A stretch of 64,000 nucleotides of DNA from Squalus acanthias (lineage: Eukaryota), in assembly GCA_030390025.1 (NCBI GenBank), contig CM059432.1:142168001-142232000 (forward strand). The letters run 5' to 3'. Below the pieces are notes generated by a model. It had not been told where the DNA came from. It worked only from the letters and a program-made list of their open reading frames with translations, and did no database searches. Position numbers and translations under genes: made by a program. Below are positions 49,850 to 61,984 of the stretch, piece after piece; position 1 is the first letter of the stretch, and each line of letters starts with the position of its first letter.

Positions 49850-51152
49850 TCCTGTCAACAACAACAAAAAAAATATAGTAGTTTATGCACATGTACTTCA
49901 AAAGAACTATTTGAAGTCTACACACAAAGGGTGGTAGAAGTTTGGAACTCTCTTCCACAAACGGCAACTGATGCTCGGTCAATTGTTAATTTTAAATCTG
50001 AGATTGATAGATTTTTGTTAACCATAGGGATTAAGGGATATGGGCCAAAGGCGGGTATATGGAGTTAGGTCACAGATCAGCCACGATCTCATTGAATGGC
50101 AGAACAGGCTCGAGGGGCTAAATGGCCTCCTCCTGTTCCTATACTTGCGAAGACTACGTGAATAGAGAAGCAGTCCTACTTAAATGGACTTCACTGTTTT
50201 TTTTGACGTGTTCAGTTCCAGTTGTTCTGGAGTTCAAATCCTTCAGACGTTCCTTCCCGTTCATTCTGCAGTGAGGTCATTGTAATGCTCCTATTAAAGG
50301 GCTTGTAAATTTCACGTTTCAAAATATATATATATATATTTTTTTAGATTTAATAGGATTTTAATTCACTCAATTTTAGTTATTTGCGTAAAGGATCTCT
50401 AAAAAGCTTTACAATATATCCAGCCTCACACCAACATGGTTGACTTTTAACTGCCCTCTGAAATGGCCGGGCAAGTCACTCGGTTGCGTCAAAGCGATAC
50501 CAGCGGTTCAGGAACACCACCTTCTCAAGAACAGCTAGAAATGGACAATAAATGCCGGCCATGCCAGCGACGCCCACATCTCAAGAATAAATCCCCACAA
50601 CCACAAAAAATGGCTATTGCTCTTGCATTTAAATAAATATGATTCCACGGCACTATTTCAAGAGCAGGGGAGTTCTCCCTGGTGTCCTGGCCAATATTTA
50701 TCCCTCGACCGACATCACTAAAACAGACTGTCCAGTCATTATTACATTACTGTTTGTGGGAGCTTGCTGTGCACAAATTGGCTGCCGTATTTCCTACATT
50801 ACAACAGTGACTACATTTCAAAAGTACTTCATTGGCTGTAAAGCGCTTTGGGATATCCTGAGGTTGTGAAAGGCGCTATAGAAATGCAAGTCTTTCTTTT
50901 CTTTCATTCTATTCCGCCCTTCCTGACCCCCAAGCTTCTCTCCCTAACATCCCCCTCATCCCCCAGTATCACCAACACACTACTGTCCCCAACATGCACT
51001 CCTCCCCTTCCTATCCACTTGTGTCTCAATATCTCTAAACCTTTGCCCCTTAATATTCCCTTCTGACCCAACATCACCCTCTTGCCCCATACTCACTAAA
51101 ACCCTCCTTCCAACAACAACAACTTGTATTTATATAGCGCCTTTAACATAGT

Positions 51153-51895
51153 GGCCCAAAAATTAGTGCCGCTACGCGAGAGTACGCACTGCGTACTCTC
51201 GCGTATTCTGTCTCCAATTGCTGGTTTTCTGCATGCACTGCGCATGCGCTGAAAACCGGCACTTGGTGAATGGAAAAGGGGGCGGTTCCTAGCTGAACCG
51301 CGTGCGCGCTACAGGCTGCGCGCACGCTGTGCACTTAGTGGTTTCAACGCGCAGGTAAGTACGGAAGATTTTACACATAAAAAAAGGAGGAGTAAGACCC
51401 ACTTTTAACAAGGTAAGTAGTGAATTAAGTATTATTTTGATTTTTTTTTAACAGGTATATCTTTTTTAGAGACTTTAAAGACAGGTAAGTTTATTTTTAT
51501 AACTTTTTAAAAGATTTTAAATTTTTTCAAAAATTTAATTTTTTATTTAAAATGGTTAATTTATTTAACTATACTTATTTTATTAATGTGATGGTTTTTT
51601 TTTTAAATTTAATTGAGGTTTAGCTGTTCTTTTGGGGGGGTATAGATTCATAGCTTTCACAGCACTTATGTGAAAGTTATGAATGGAAGATGGTGTGCTG
51701 CCATTGGCTCTAACTGAGTCACGTGATCCCACAGCTCGCACGAATTAACTGCGCCGGTGGGATACGCAAGCCCAGCACAGCAGCTGTCCAGAACATCAAG
51801 TTCGTGCGAGCTGGAACTGAAAAAGCCAACGCGCAGTGAGAGATCGCGGGGAAGCCTTACCCTCGCACGAAGGCTTCCTCACGAATTTTTGGGCC
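51153..51895. mobile_element. MITE with 3-bp TSD (PIF/Harbinger-like), related to 30727-31476, inserted in an L2/SINE tail
   Basis: TIR GGCCCAAAAATT(A/C)GTG; AGT TSD; shares GCGCATGCGCTG..AAACC.GCA and ATTGGCT...CACGTGATCCCA with the other copy. Confidence 0.78.
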
Positions 51896-51930
51896 AGTAA
51901 AGCGTCCCAAGGCGCTTCACAGGGGTATTA

Positions 51931-52497
51931 CAGGTTGAGCGTCCAAAATCCGGAGCTCCGGAATGTTCCGGAATCCGGGACGATTGGTGGCAGGGTCGTC
52001 CGGAATCTGTAAAATGTTCCGGAATCCGGAACTCCGGATTTTGGACGCTCAACCTGTACTTCAAAAAGCCATTAACTTTTGTTGTCTTTTTTTGAAAAAT
52101 CCTATGAAAAATGCGAGTGATGCAATAAAACTTTAGTGTTGTGTTTTATCCTCCTTAATCTGCACAGCTCCACTAAGTGTTTCCGCCAGGCTGCGGCCAC
52201 GGCACCACGCCGCCCTGGTGGCCTAGTGTGGGCCATCGGATGCTCTGCAGAACTCGCAGCGTCCTTCCCCTTTAACAGAAGGGGAGGGGCGGAGAAATAC
52301 GTCAGCGCTACGTGGAGTGGCCCAGGCATTTCCGGACTCGGAACGTGTTTCTGATGTCCGACGTCCGGAAACGCCCCGAGCCCAAGTTGCGATATTTCCG
52401 GACTTCGGACATCAGAAACACGTTCCGAAGTCTGGAAAAACACGAAAACCGGCTCGGCCTCGGTCCCAAGGTTGCCGGATTCAGGACGCTCAACCTG
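51931..52497. mobile_element. Tigger-like MITE with two right ends (52056 and 52497)
   Basis: TA|CAGGTTGAGCGTCC; GGACGCTCAACCTG|TA at 52056 and again at 52497; many TCCGGA subrepeats. Confidence 0.75.
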
Positions 52498-53063
52498 TAT
52501 AAAGACAAAAAAAATTGACACCATGCAGTTCCCAGGAGGTACCCTTCTCCCCGGCCCCCATTGCAACTTCCCAATCACCCCCACTATTCAATATTCTCCT
52601 CTGCCTCCCTAAAACGCACCTTTAACCCCTTGCCCCCAAAATTCCCCTCCCTCTCATACCCTAAAGGGATCTATTGCCCCTTCTATCCACCTTCAATGCT
52701 TTTCCCCAAATACACCTCACCCACCCCAATACCCCCTCACCCCCAGATACCCCCTCAGCCCAATACCCCCTCACCCCCAGATAGACGGGCGGATCGGACC
52801 CAACACCGGGAGCACGGGCGGCGAAACATCGGGCTGCAAAAACGGCGCCGATCGAAACGACTAATCGACCGACTCACCGGCGCGACATAAAGCGAGAGAG
52901 CCGCTCAGGACCAAAGATGTGCGGGTTAGGTTGATTTGGCTATGATAAATTGACCCTTAGTGTTAGGGGGGATTAAATACGTGGGGTTACGGGGATAGGG
53001 TGGGATATGTGTCGGTGCAGGCTCGATGGGCCGAAATGGCCTCTATCTGCATTGTGGGGATTC

Positions 53064-53240
53064 ACCCCCCCTCACCCCCAGATACCCTTTCACCCCAATA
53101 CCCCCTCACCCCCAGATACCCCCTCACCCCCAGATACCCTTTCACCCCAATACCCCCTCACCCCCAGATACCCTTTCACCCCAATACCCCCAGATACCCT
53201 TTCACCCCAATACCCCCTCACCCCCAGATACCCAATCACT
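53064..53240. repeat. C-rich minisatellite (CCCCCTCACCCCCAGATA / CCCTTTCACCCCAATA)
   Basis: Direct reading; related units at about 52720-52782. Confidence 0.85.
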
Positions 53241-53430
53241 CCACCCCTGCCGGGGAGCCGCAGACTGAGGCCCAGGCCTGAGGCCGGTGGGCCGCGCTCC
53301 CGGTGCTGGGCCTGAGGCCGCGGGTCCTGACCGGGAGCACGGGCGGATCGGACCCAACACCGGGAGCCCGGGCGGCGAAACATCGGGCTGCAAAACGGCG
53401 CCGATCGAAACGACTAATCGACCGACTCAC

Positions 53431-53560
53431 CGGCGCGACACAAACACAAAGCGAGAGAGCGGCTCAGGTCCGGAGCTGCCGCAGGAGGAGCGGCTCAGCA
53501 GCGGTACCTAGCGGCCACAGCCTGTAACAACAAGGAGACCACTTCCTCTCTCCACACAAG
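53431..53560 (-). promoter_or_regulatory. SLC39A6: SLC39A6 putative non-coding exon 1 / promoter in a CpG island
   Basis: CpG-rich; strong donor CCG|GTGAGT at 53431/53430; ETS-like GGAAGT near 53541-53546; the first coding exon has only 2 nt of UTR before its ATG, so an upstream exon is required. TSS approximate. Confidence 0.65.
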
Positions 53561-54944
53561 ATGTCCCAATCGTTCTGCAATCTATACCCCATGTGCTTTA
53601 GTTTTCTAACAAAATGCTACAAAAACAACAACAACTTGTATTTATATAGCGCCTTTAACATAGTAAGACGTCTCAAGGCGCTTCACAGGAGCGATTATCA
53701 AACAAAATTTGACACCGAGTCACATAAGGGGATATTAGGGCGGGGGGTGTCAAAGAGGTCTGTTTTAAGGAGCGTCTTAAAGGAGGATGATGTGGAGATG
53801 CCGGTGTTGGACTGGGGTGGACAAATGTGAGAAGTCGCACAACACCAGGTTATTCAGCTTCACCTGACAAAGGAGCAGCGCTCCGAAAGCTTGTGATTTC
53901 AAATAAAACTGTTTGGACTATAACCTGGTGTTGTGCGACTTCTCACTTAAAGGAGGAGAAAGAGGCAGAGAGGTTTAGGGAGGGAATTCCAGAACTTAGG
54001 GCCTTGTCAGCTGAAGGCACGGCCGCCAATGGCGAAGCGCTGAAAATCGGGGATGCTGAAAAGGCCAGAATTGGAGGAGCGCAGAGGTTGAGGAGGGTTG
54101 CAGGGCTGGAGGAGGTTACAGAGATAGGGAGGGGCTGAGGCCATGGAGGGATTTAAAGACAAGGGTGAGAATTTTAAAATCGAGGCGTTGCTGGACCGGG
54201 AGCCAATGTAGGTCAGCGAGCACAGGGGTGATGGGTGAACGGGACTTGGTGCGAGTTAGGACACGGGCAGCAGTGTTTTGGATGAGCTGAAGTTTACGGA
54301 GGGCAGAATGTGGGAGGCTGGCCAGGAGTGCGTTGGAATAGTCAAATTTAATTTTTATTTGCATTTATCTGTCCAGTTGCGTAACAGATCTAAGCCCTTC
54401 TGTACCCTTTGCCACTCACCCCCCTCCCCCACTGCACTCCCTGTTTCAGTGCTGTCTGCAAATTTATCAAGCTTATAATTGTTCTCTGTATCCAGCATTT
54501 ATATAAATTGGAAATAACACTGACCCCTGCAATGCTCCACCCAGCACCTCCCCTCAATCTTACACTACACCTGTCATAAGAATGTTGTTTCTATTTTCTG
54601 TTTATATTTTTTATCTGATCCTGTCCCACTTTCTACCCTGAATTTCCTTGATTTTGCTTTTATTAAATCTTACCAAAGACCACATGGAAATCCAAACAAA
54701 GTATATCGTTGGGATTTTATTTGTTTCAGAGACATTCCCCTTCCACTGCTAAATCTATCCATTAAACTGCTACACCAAACAGGTACACCTCCAAAATAAA
54801 GCTTCGTATAGTTTCCACTACTTTATCCAGTAGAAATGAAAGGCTACGTGGCCTGTAGGTAACTGGGTTGATTTGTTCCCCTTTTTATATGTAGGCACTA
54901 CATCTGCTGCTTCCAGTTCTCTATTATACTTGAGATCTGTATAA

Positions 54945-55490
54945 AATATTATATTCCCATAGGTTTCGGTATATTATATACTATATTCCCATCGTGTGCA
55001 CAATATAATATATTATATTCCCATAGGTTGCAGTATTATATAGTATATTCCCATAGGGTGCATGATATTATATATTATATTCCCATAGGGTGCACTGTAT
55101 TATATATTATATTCCCATAGGGTGCGCTGTATTATATATATTCCCATAGGGTGCACTGTATTATATATTATATTCCCATAGGGTGCACTGTATTATATAT
55201 ATTCCCATAGGGTGCGCTGTATTATATATATTCCCACAGGGTGCGCTGTATTATATATTATATTCCCATAGGGTGCGCGGTATTATATATATTCCCATAG
55301 GGTGCGCTGTATTATATATTATATTCCCACAGGGTGCGCTGTATTATATATATTCCCATAGGGTGCGCTGTATTATATATTATATTCCCATAGGGTGCGC
55401 TGTATTATATATATTCCCATATGGTGCGCTGTATTATATATATTCCCATAGGGTGCGCTGTATTATATATTATATTCCCACAGGATGTAG
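54945..55490. repeat. 27-32-bp minisatellite (ATTCCCATAGGGTGCGCTGTATTATAT...)
   Basis: Direct reading. Confidence 0.92.
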
Positions 55491-55852
55491 TATATGCTGT
55501 GTCAGCCGTGGCTCAGTGGGTAGCACTCTCATCTCTGAATCTAGAAGGTCAGGGGTTCAATCCCCTCTCCTAAAAGCCTTGAGCAGATAATCCAGGCCGA
55601 CACTCCAGTGCAGTACTGAGGAAGTGCTGCACTGTTGGAGGTGTCTTTCAGATGAGACATTAAACTGAGGCCCCGTCTGCCCTCTCAGGTGATGTAAAAG
55701 ATCCTTTGGCACTATTTCAAAGAAGAGCAGGGGAGTTGTCCCGGCCAATATTTATCCCACAGCCAACACCTAAAACAGATTATCTGGTCATTATCACATT
55801 GCTGTTTGTGGGAGCATGCTGTATGCAAATTGGCTGCCACGTTTCCTACATT

Positions 55853-56651
55853 ATTGTTATCCACTTTGGCAGGAAAAATAAAAAAGCAAACTATTATTTA
55901 AATGGCGAGAGATTACAAAATGCTACAATTCAGAGGGACCTGGGGGTCCTTGCGCATGAAACACAAAATGTTAGTATGCAGGTACAGCAAGTAATCAAAA
56001 AGGCAAATGGAATGTTGGCCTTTATTTCAAGGGGGTTGGAGTATAAAAGCAGGGAAGCCCTGCTACAACTGTACAGGGTATTGGTGAGACCACACCTGGA
56101 GTACTGCGTACAGTTTTGGTCTCCTTATTTAAGGAAGGATATACTTGCATTGGAGGCAGTTCAGAGACGATTCACTCGGTTGATTCCTGAGATGAAGGGG
56201 TTGTCTTATGAAGAAAGGTTGAGCATGCTGGGCCTATACTCATTGGAATTTAGAAGAATGAGAGGTGATCTTATTGAAACATATAAGATACTGAGGGAGC
56301 TTGACAGGGTAGATGCAGAGAGGATGTTTCCCCTCGTGGGGAAATCTAGAACTCGGGGGCATAATTTCAGAATAAAGGGTCGCCCTTTTAGAACTGAGAT
56401 GAGGAGGAACTTCTTCTCTCAGAGGGTCGTAAATCTGTGGAATTCTCGGCCCCAGAGAGCTGTGGAGGCTGGGTCATTAAATACATTTAAGGCGGAGATA
56501 GACAGATTTTTACAAGATAAGGGAGTGAAGGGTTATGGGGAGCGGGCAGGGAAGTGGCTTTGAGCCCAAGAACAGCCATGATCTTATTGAATGGCGGAGC
56601 AGGCTCGAGGGGCCAAGCGGCCTATTCCTGCTCCTATTTCTTATGTTCTTA
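55853..56651 (+). mobile_element. CR1 LINE 3' fragment nested in a DeuSINE
   Basis: VIHFGRKN...RPHLEYCVQFWSP; the SINE sequence stops near 55852 and resumes near 56652. Confidence 0.92.
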
Positions 56652-56763
56652 TTATAACAGTGACTACACTTCAAAAGTACTTCATTGTCTCTAAAGTGCA
56701 TTGGTACATCCTGAGGTTGTGAAAGGTGCTATATAAATACAGGTCTTTCTTTTTTCTTTAATA

Positions 56764-57575
56764 TTGGGTGCAGTGTATTATATATTATATTCCTATAGGA
56801 TGCAGGGTATTATATATTATATTCACACAGGTGCAGTGCATTGTATATTATATTCACACAGAGTGCAGTGCATTGTATATTATATTCACAGAGTACAGTG
56901 CATTGTATATTATATTCACACAGAGTGCAGTGCATTGTATATTATATTCACAGGTGCAGTGCAGTGCATTGTATATTCACACAGAGTGCAGTGCATTGTA
57001 TATTCACACAGAGTGCAGTGCATTGTATATTATATTCACAGAGTACAGTGCATTGTATATTATATTCACACAGAGTGCAGTGCATTGTATATTATATTCA
57101 CAGAGTACAGTGCATTGTATATTATATTCACACAGAGTGCAGTGCATTGTATATTATATTCACACAGAGTGCAGTGCATTGTATATTATATTCACACAGA
57201 GTGCAGTGCATTGTATATTATATTCACAGGTGCAGTGCATTGTATATTATATTCACAGGTGCAGTGCATTGTATATTATATTCACAGGTGCAGTGCATTG
57301 TATATTATATTCACACAGAGTGCAGTGCATTGTATATTATATTCACACAGAGTGCAGTGCATTGTATATTATATTCACACAGAGTGCAGTGCATTGTATA
57401 TTATATTCACAGGTGCAGTGCATTGTATATTATATTCACACAGAGTGCAGTGCATTGTATATTATATTCACACAGAGTGCAGTGCATTGTATATTATATT
57501 CACACAGAGTGCAGTGCATTGTATATTATATTCACACAGAGTGCAGTGCATTGTATATTCACACAGAGGGCAGTG
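56764..57575. repeat. 28-32-bp minisatellite (ATTCACACAGAGTGCAGTGCATTGTATATTAT) abutting the CNOT10 promoter
   Basis: Direct reading; about 25 units. Confidence 0.95.
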
Positions 57576-57589
57576 TTTGACCCTCTGAG

Positions 57590-57800
57590 GGTGACAGGAA
57601 GTGACGCTAATTAGATGCGCCTGGCCGCTGATTGGCGGAGCGGTGCCGGCCATTAGCCGCGGTTGTCGCGGAGCGGGAGCGGGTCCGGGCCTCGGCAACA
57701 GCTGTACCCGCACCCGGGGCGACATGTCGGACCCTTGTGCAGCAAGTAATGGAGGTGAGTGGAGCCGGGGCCGGGGCCGGGGCCGGGGCCACGGGACTTG
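57590..57800 (+). promoter_or_regulatory. CNOT10 CpG-island promoter with ETS/CRE-like GGAAGTGACG and inverted CCAAT (ATTGG)
   Basis: Motifs at about 57597-57606 and 57631-57635; CpG-rich around exon 1. Confidence 0.7.
57724..57754 (+). CDS. CNOT10: CNOT10 first coding exon (MSDPCAASNG-)
   Basis: ATG in a CpG island; GAG|GTGAGT donor in phase 1 joins in frame to the DQG... exon. Confidence 0.8.
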
Positions 57801-59606
57801 CTTCTCCTTGTCCTGCACACACACAACATCACCTAAAATTGGGGCAAAGTCAGCGACTGAATTAGGAAAGTCTTGGAATTTTTGGGGGCTGGTGAATTGC
57901 CTTAGAACCTGGTGTTTACTATTTTGGAAAAGTTAATAAACTATCGGGGTAATGGGAAAGGAAGGGGGGGAAGGTGCTGTTCCACCTGCTCAATGACAGA
58001 GCAATCAACACTGTTTATGGGTTTAAATGGTCTGTTGAAGTAGTGTAAACGCTTTCAACAGAGCTGAGGTTTTCCACAAAACTACGGTGAAATCCCTAAA
58101 TCTGAATAATTTTTAATGCCTGTGTCTGTGCCAACCATAGCTCTTCACTGGAACTTTCTATTCAATTACTTTCCCCCTGCCTGTTCCTTGTACTGTATCC
58201 CTTCGTGTTCCTTTTCAAACACTTATCCAATTCCCTTTTAAATAAAAACAGAAAATGTTGGAAATACTCCGCAGGTCAGGCAGCATCTGTGCAGAGAGAG
58301 AGAGACAGACAGAGTTGACGTTTCAGGTTGATGTCCTTTTGTCAGAACTGGAAAAAGTTATAGAGATGTAACAGGTTTTAAGCAAGTACAGGGGGAGGTT
58401 ACTGACCTGAAACGTTAACTCTGTTTCTCTCGCCACAGATGCTGCCCGACCTGCTGAGGTTTTCCAGCATTTTCCTGTTTTTATTTCAGATTTCCAGCAG
58501 CTGCAGTATTTTGCTTCCCCTTTCGAATAACATTTATAAGTCTCTGTCTCGAAAGCCACTTGTGGTAAAGCATTCTAAATAATGCCTCTTAAATCGCCCC
58601 ATAATCTCCTCGGTCCTGTCGAACATAGACCCAATTTTTTAAAAGTTTTTCTTTTGTATATGTATTTCCTCACAGTAGGCAGTGTCCTCGTGAATCTGTG
58701 CTGCACCCTCTCTCTTGCCTCAACGTCCTTCCAAAAGTATGGAGCTTAAAACTGCACACAGTACTCTTACTAAGGTGTATATAGGTTCATCGTTGCCCCT
58801 CGATTTTATATTCTATACGTCTTGCCGTAACACCCAACATTCCATCAGCTTTTTTGTGGTCTTATCCACTTGTGCTGCTTTTAATGCCTTACGAACCTGA
58901 ACCCCCCACAAATCCTTCTGTTATTACACGTCACCCAACCATCCCCCATTCAAAGTATAATTATTACTTTTATGTTTAACCCAAATATACCACCTCACAC
59001 TTAAATTCCATTTGCCACTTTTTTTTGCCTGTTCCACCATCTTATCACTATCCTCTTGCAGCTTCCTCTGATTTTGGAGTTATTCACTATGCCTCCCATT
59101 TTAGTATCATCTGGAAATTTGGACACCATTCCCTCTGGCCTCATTGCACACGGTGAAAAGAAGTGATCCCAGAGTAGATACCTGCAGAGTACTGCTACCT
59201 ACTTCCAACCACTCTGCGACACTGCCCTTAACTCCTACCTGGCTTCCTCCCTTCTGACCAGCTTTTAATCCAATTTGCTGCCCTTCCCCCTAATTCTATA
59301 CCGCTTAATCTTCTCCACAGTCACCTGTGAGGTACCTTGTCAAAGACTTTCTGAAAGTCCACATTCGCCACATCCACTGCATTTCCCCCATGCACCATGT
59401 CTGTGACCTCGGAGAACTCGTAGGCTGGTACTTTTGAGGAAACTGCCGCTGTGTGCTTTTGTTTTGCTGAAGTTTAAGCTGTATTTAGTTGTATTTCTGT
59501 CATTGGCCCTAAAAATCTGCAGAACCTTTGAACGTGAAGAAAATGCTGTCATGTGAGTGGCACTAGAATAGATATATTGAATAATTGTCTTTGTTTTGTG
59601 TTGTAG

Positions 59607-59704
59607 ATCAGGGTACTGACGTGAAAACAGAGTCGAATTCTCTGTCTTCAGGAGTTGTTGACCATGAAAAAGAGCTTGCAAACAATGCCTATCAAGCTTA
59701 TACA
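59607..59704 (+). CDS. CNOT10: CNOT10 exon 2 (DQGTDVKTESNSLSSGVVDHEKELANNAYQAYT)
   Basis: Matches CNOT10 DQG...SGITDQEKELSTNAFQAFT; TTGTAG acceptor, GTAAGT donor. Confidence 0.92.
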
Positions 59705-59889
59705 GTAAGTGTTACCTTGTTGAGAGTGGCAGTGAAATACCGAGCTACTATAGGACCATGACAACTGGAGCATTTCTTTACCTCTCTTTTATAAAAAAAA
59801 AAATCCATGTGCAATTTATTCTCATTCATTGAGCTGCACGGCCAAGTAACTGCTGCTGCCTTTTGGGTTATTACAACTGGGACTGTGTC

Positions 59890-60108
59890 CTACACTCTCT
59901 ATTGCGTCTTCGCCGGGAGCAAGCGGAAGCCAAGCGCAAGGAGCGCACGTCAACCCAAGCACCCCACCCACCCGCCCCTTCAACCACCGTCTGCCCCACC
60001 TGTGACGGAGACTGTAGGTCCCGCATTGGACTCATCAGTCAGCTGAGAACTCATTTTCAATGTGGAAGCAAGTCATCCTCGGTTCCGAGGGACTGCCTAA
60101 GAAGATGA
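59890..60108 (+). mobile_element. RTE-clade LINE 3' end
   Basis: C-terminal zinc-finger-like CPTCDGDCRSRIGLISQLRTH followed by a short 3' UTR and AAGAAGATGA tail. Confidence 0.75.
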
Positions 60109-61803
60109 TTTGCGTCAACAGCAAAAAGGGCAGTTTCCATAAACCGACTCCTATCCCCTATGATCTGAAACGTAATGAAGAGGAATCACATATCACAATT
60201 ATCCTTTTTACCACAGAGGATCAAGTGGGTTATCTACCAAGCTCTCTCTCTCCCGTTCTGCAAGGTGGAAAACACATAGCAGACAGCAACATTCAGGCTA
60301 ACACTAACAGTCAAATTTATTTACAAGTCAAATAATGATACAGAAGGAAAAAAAACCAAAGTAACCAATAGTACAATATTTGTAATCAAGTCATGGCGTT
60401 CTTATTCAGAATCTTTTAACCAAGATTTTAGTTAGCATGATGTGCGATTTCTTGCTGCATGTCGTTCCTCTCGTTGTTGCAATGTGGAAGTGGGCAGGCA
60501 AGCAGGGAACTGGAGGATAGGAAAAAGCAGCAGTACTTGTACCATTCTAAAGTTCGGTTTTAATACTCTAGACTAGAGGTTCCTCCTCCAGAATTCATTT
60601 TGCAATTGCTGTCTTTTATCATTCACGTAGCTGGGGCTCGAGCAGCAGCCCCTGGGATGTCTGTTGAGTTGTTTGCTGGAAACAAAGCATATAAAAATTT
60701 GGACAAAAGCAAAATGCTGCGGATGCTGGAAATCTGAAATAAAAACAGGAAATGCTGACAGTGCTCAGCAGGTCAGGCAGCATCTGTGGGGAGAGAGAAA
60801 TGGAGTTAACGTTTCAGATCGATGATCCTTTCTATATTGTATAGAAAGTTGGACTGGTGCGACACTCCTTAAGATAGCTGCAGCAATCAGAGGTAACCAG
60901 TTGCGTTGCCTCGTCCCCATTGTCGGGGGGGACTTCTGGTGTAATTGACTGTATGAATACAAGTGAATGTTGCTGTGGGGAACCTGGCTGGATCATAAAA
61001 GTGTAGCTGTTTCTAGAACTTATAAAATGTATAAAATTCTGACAGGACTAGACAGACTGGATGCAGGGAGGATGTTTCCCCTGGCTGGGGGGGTCTAGAA
61101 CGAGGGGTCTCAGGATACGGGGTAGGACATTTAGGACTGAGATGAGGAGAAATGTCTTCACTCAGAGGGTGCTGAACCTGTGGAATTCTCTACCACAGAA
61201 GGCTGTGGAGGCCCAGTCACTGAATATATTTAAGAAGGAGATGAGATAGATTTCTAGACACAAATGGCATCAAGGGGTATGGGGAGAGAGCGGGAATATG
61301 GTATTGAGATAGAGGATCAGCCATGATCACATTGAATGGCGGAGCAGGCTCGAAGGACCGAATGGCCGACTCCTGCTCCTATTTTTCGATGTTTCTAACT
61401 TGTGCTTGCATTGCCGCGCACGCAGATAGGCACACACACACAGTCGTCCATTTTAAAGTCACAGTATCAGGACAGTTACTCGAGTTGGTTTATCTGAAGT
61501 TTCAAATGAAAAAGGTATGGAGTTTTACAGTTTGAAGCATGACGGAATTCTGCGACTGTCGAAGGAATGACCGGACACTGCATCATGTTCTGGTTCCTCA
61601 TTCTCTTCTGTAAGACCTACTGCTGTCCTCTCACTTCCCCACCCCACCCCCCAACATTGCCACTTTGTTTGTTGTCCCTGAGCACGGTGAATTATTAAAA
61701 CTGCATCAGTGTCTAATCGGAATAATTGATATGAAGTTCCAGAAGATTGTTTGCCACAAACGGTAGTCGTGCTTATGTATGTTTTCTTATATTTTTGCTG
61801 TAG

Positions 61804-61965
61804 TCGGGACAGTTTGACACTTGTCTGCAGTATCTCAGTCATCTGCAAGAGCTAAACAAAGATGATTACAAAATATCTCTGAATAAAGCAGTGGTGGAGT
61901 TCTACAAAAATGGGCAGACTTTGACGGATACCTTGCGACAGACTCTCAACCTTCTGAAAAATCAG
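61804..61965 (+). CDS. CNOT10: CNOT10 exon 3 ([54 protein letters not shown])
   Basis: Matches CNOT10 NKDDYKI.LN.AV.EF...LRQTLN.LKNQ; canonical splice sites. Confidence 0.96.
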
Positions 61966-61984
61966 GTAAGAACGAAGAACAGTG

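Noticed and set aside
56764..57614. 257-274-aa ORFs in three frames
   Set aside because: Minisatellite translations.
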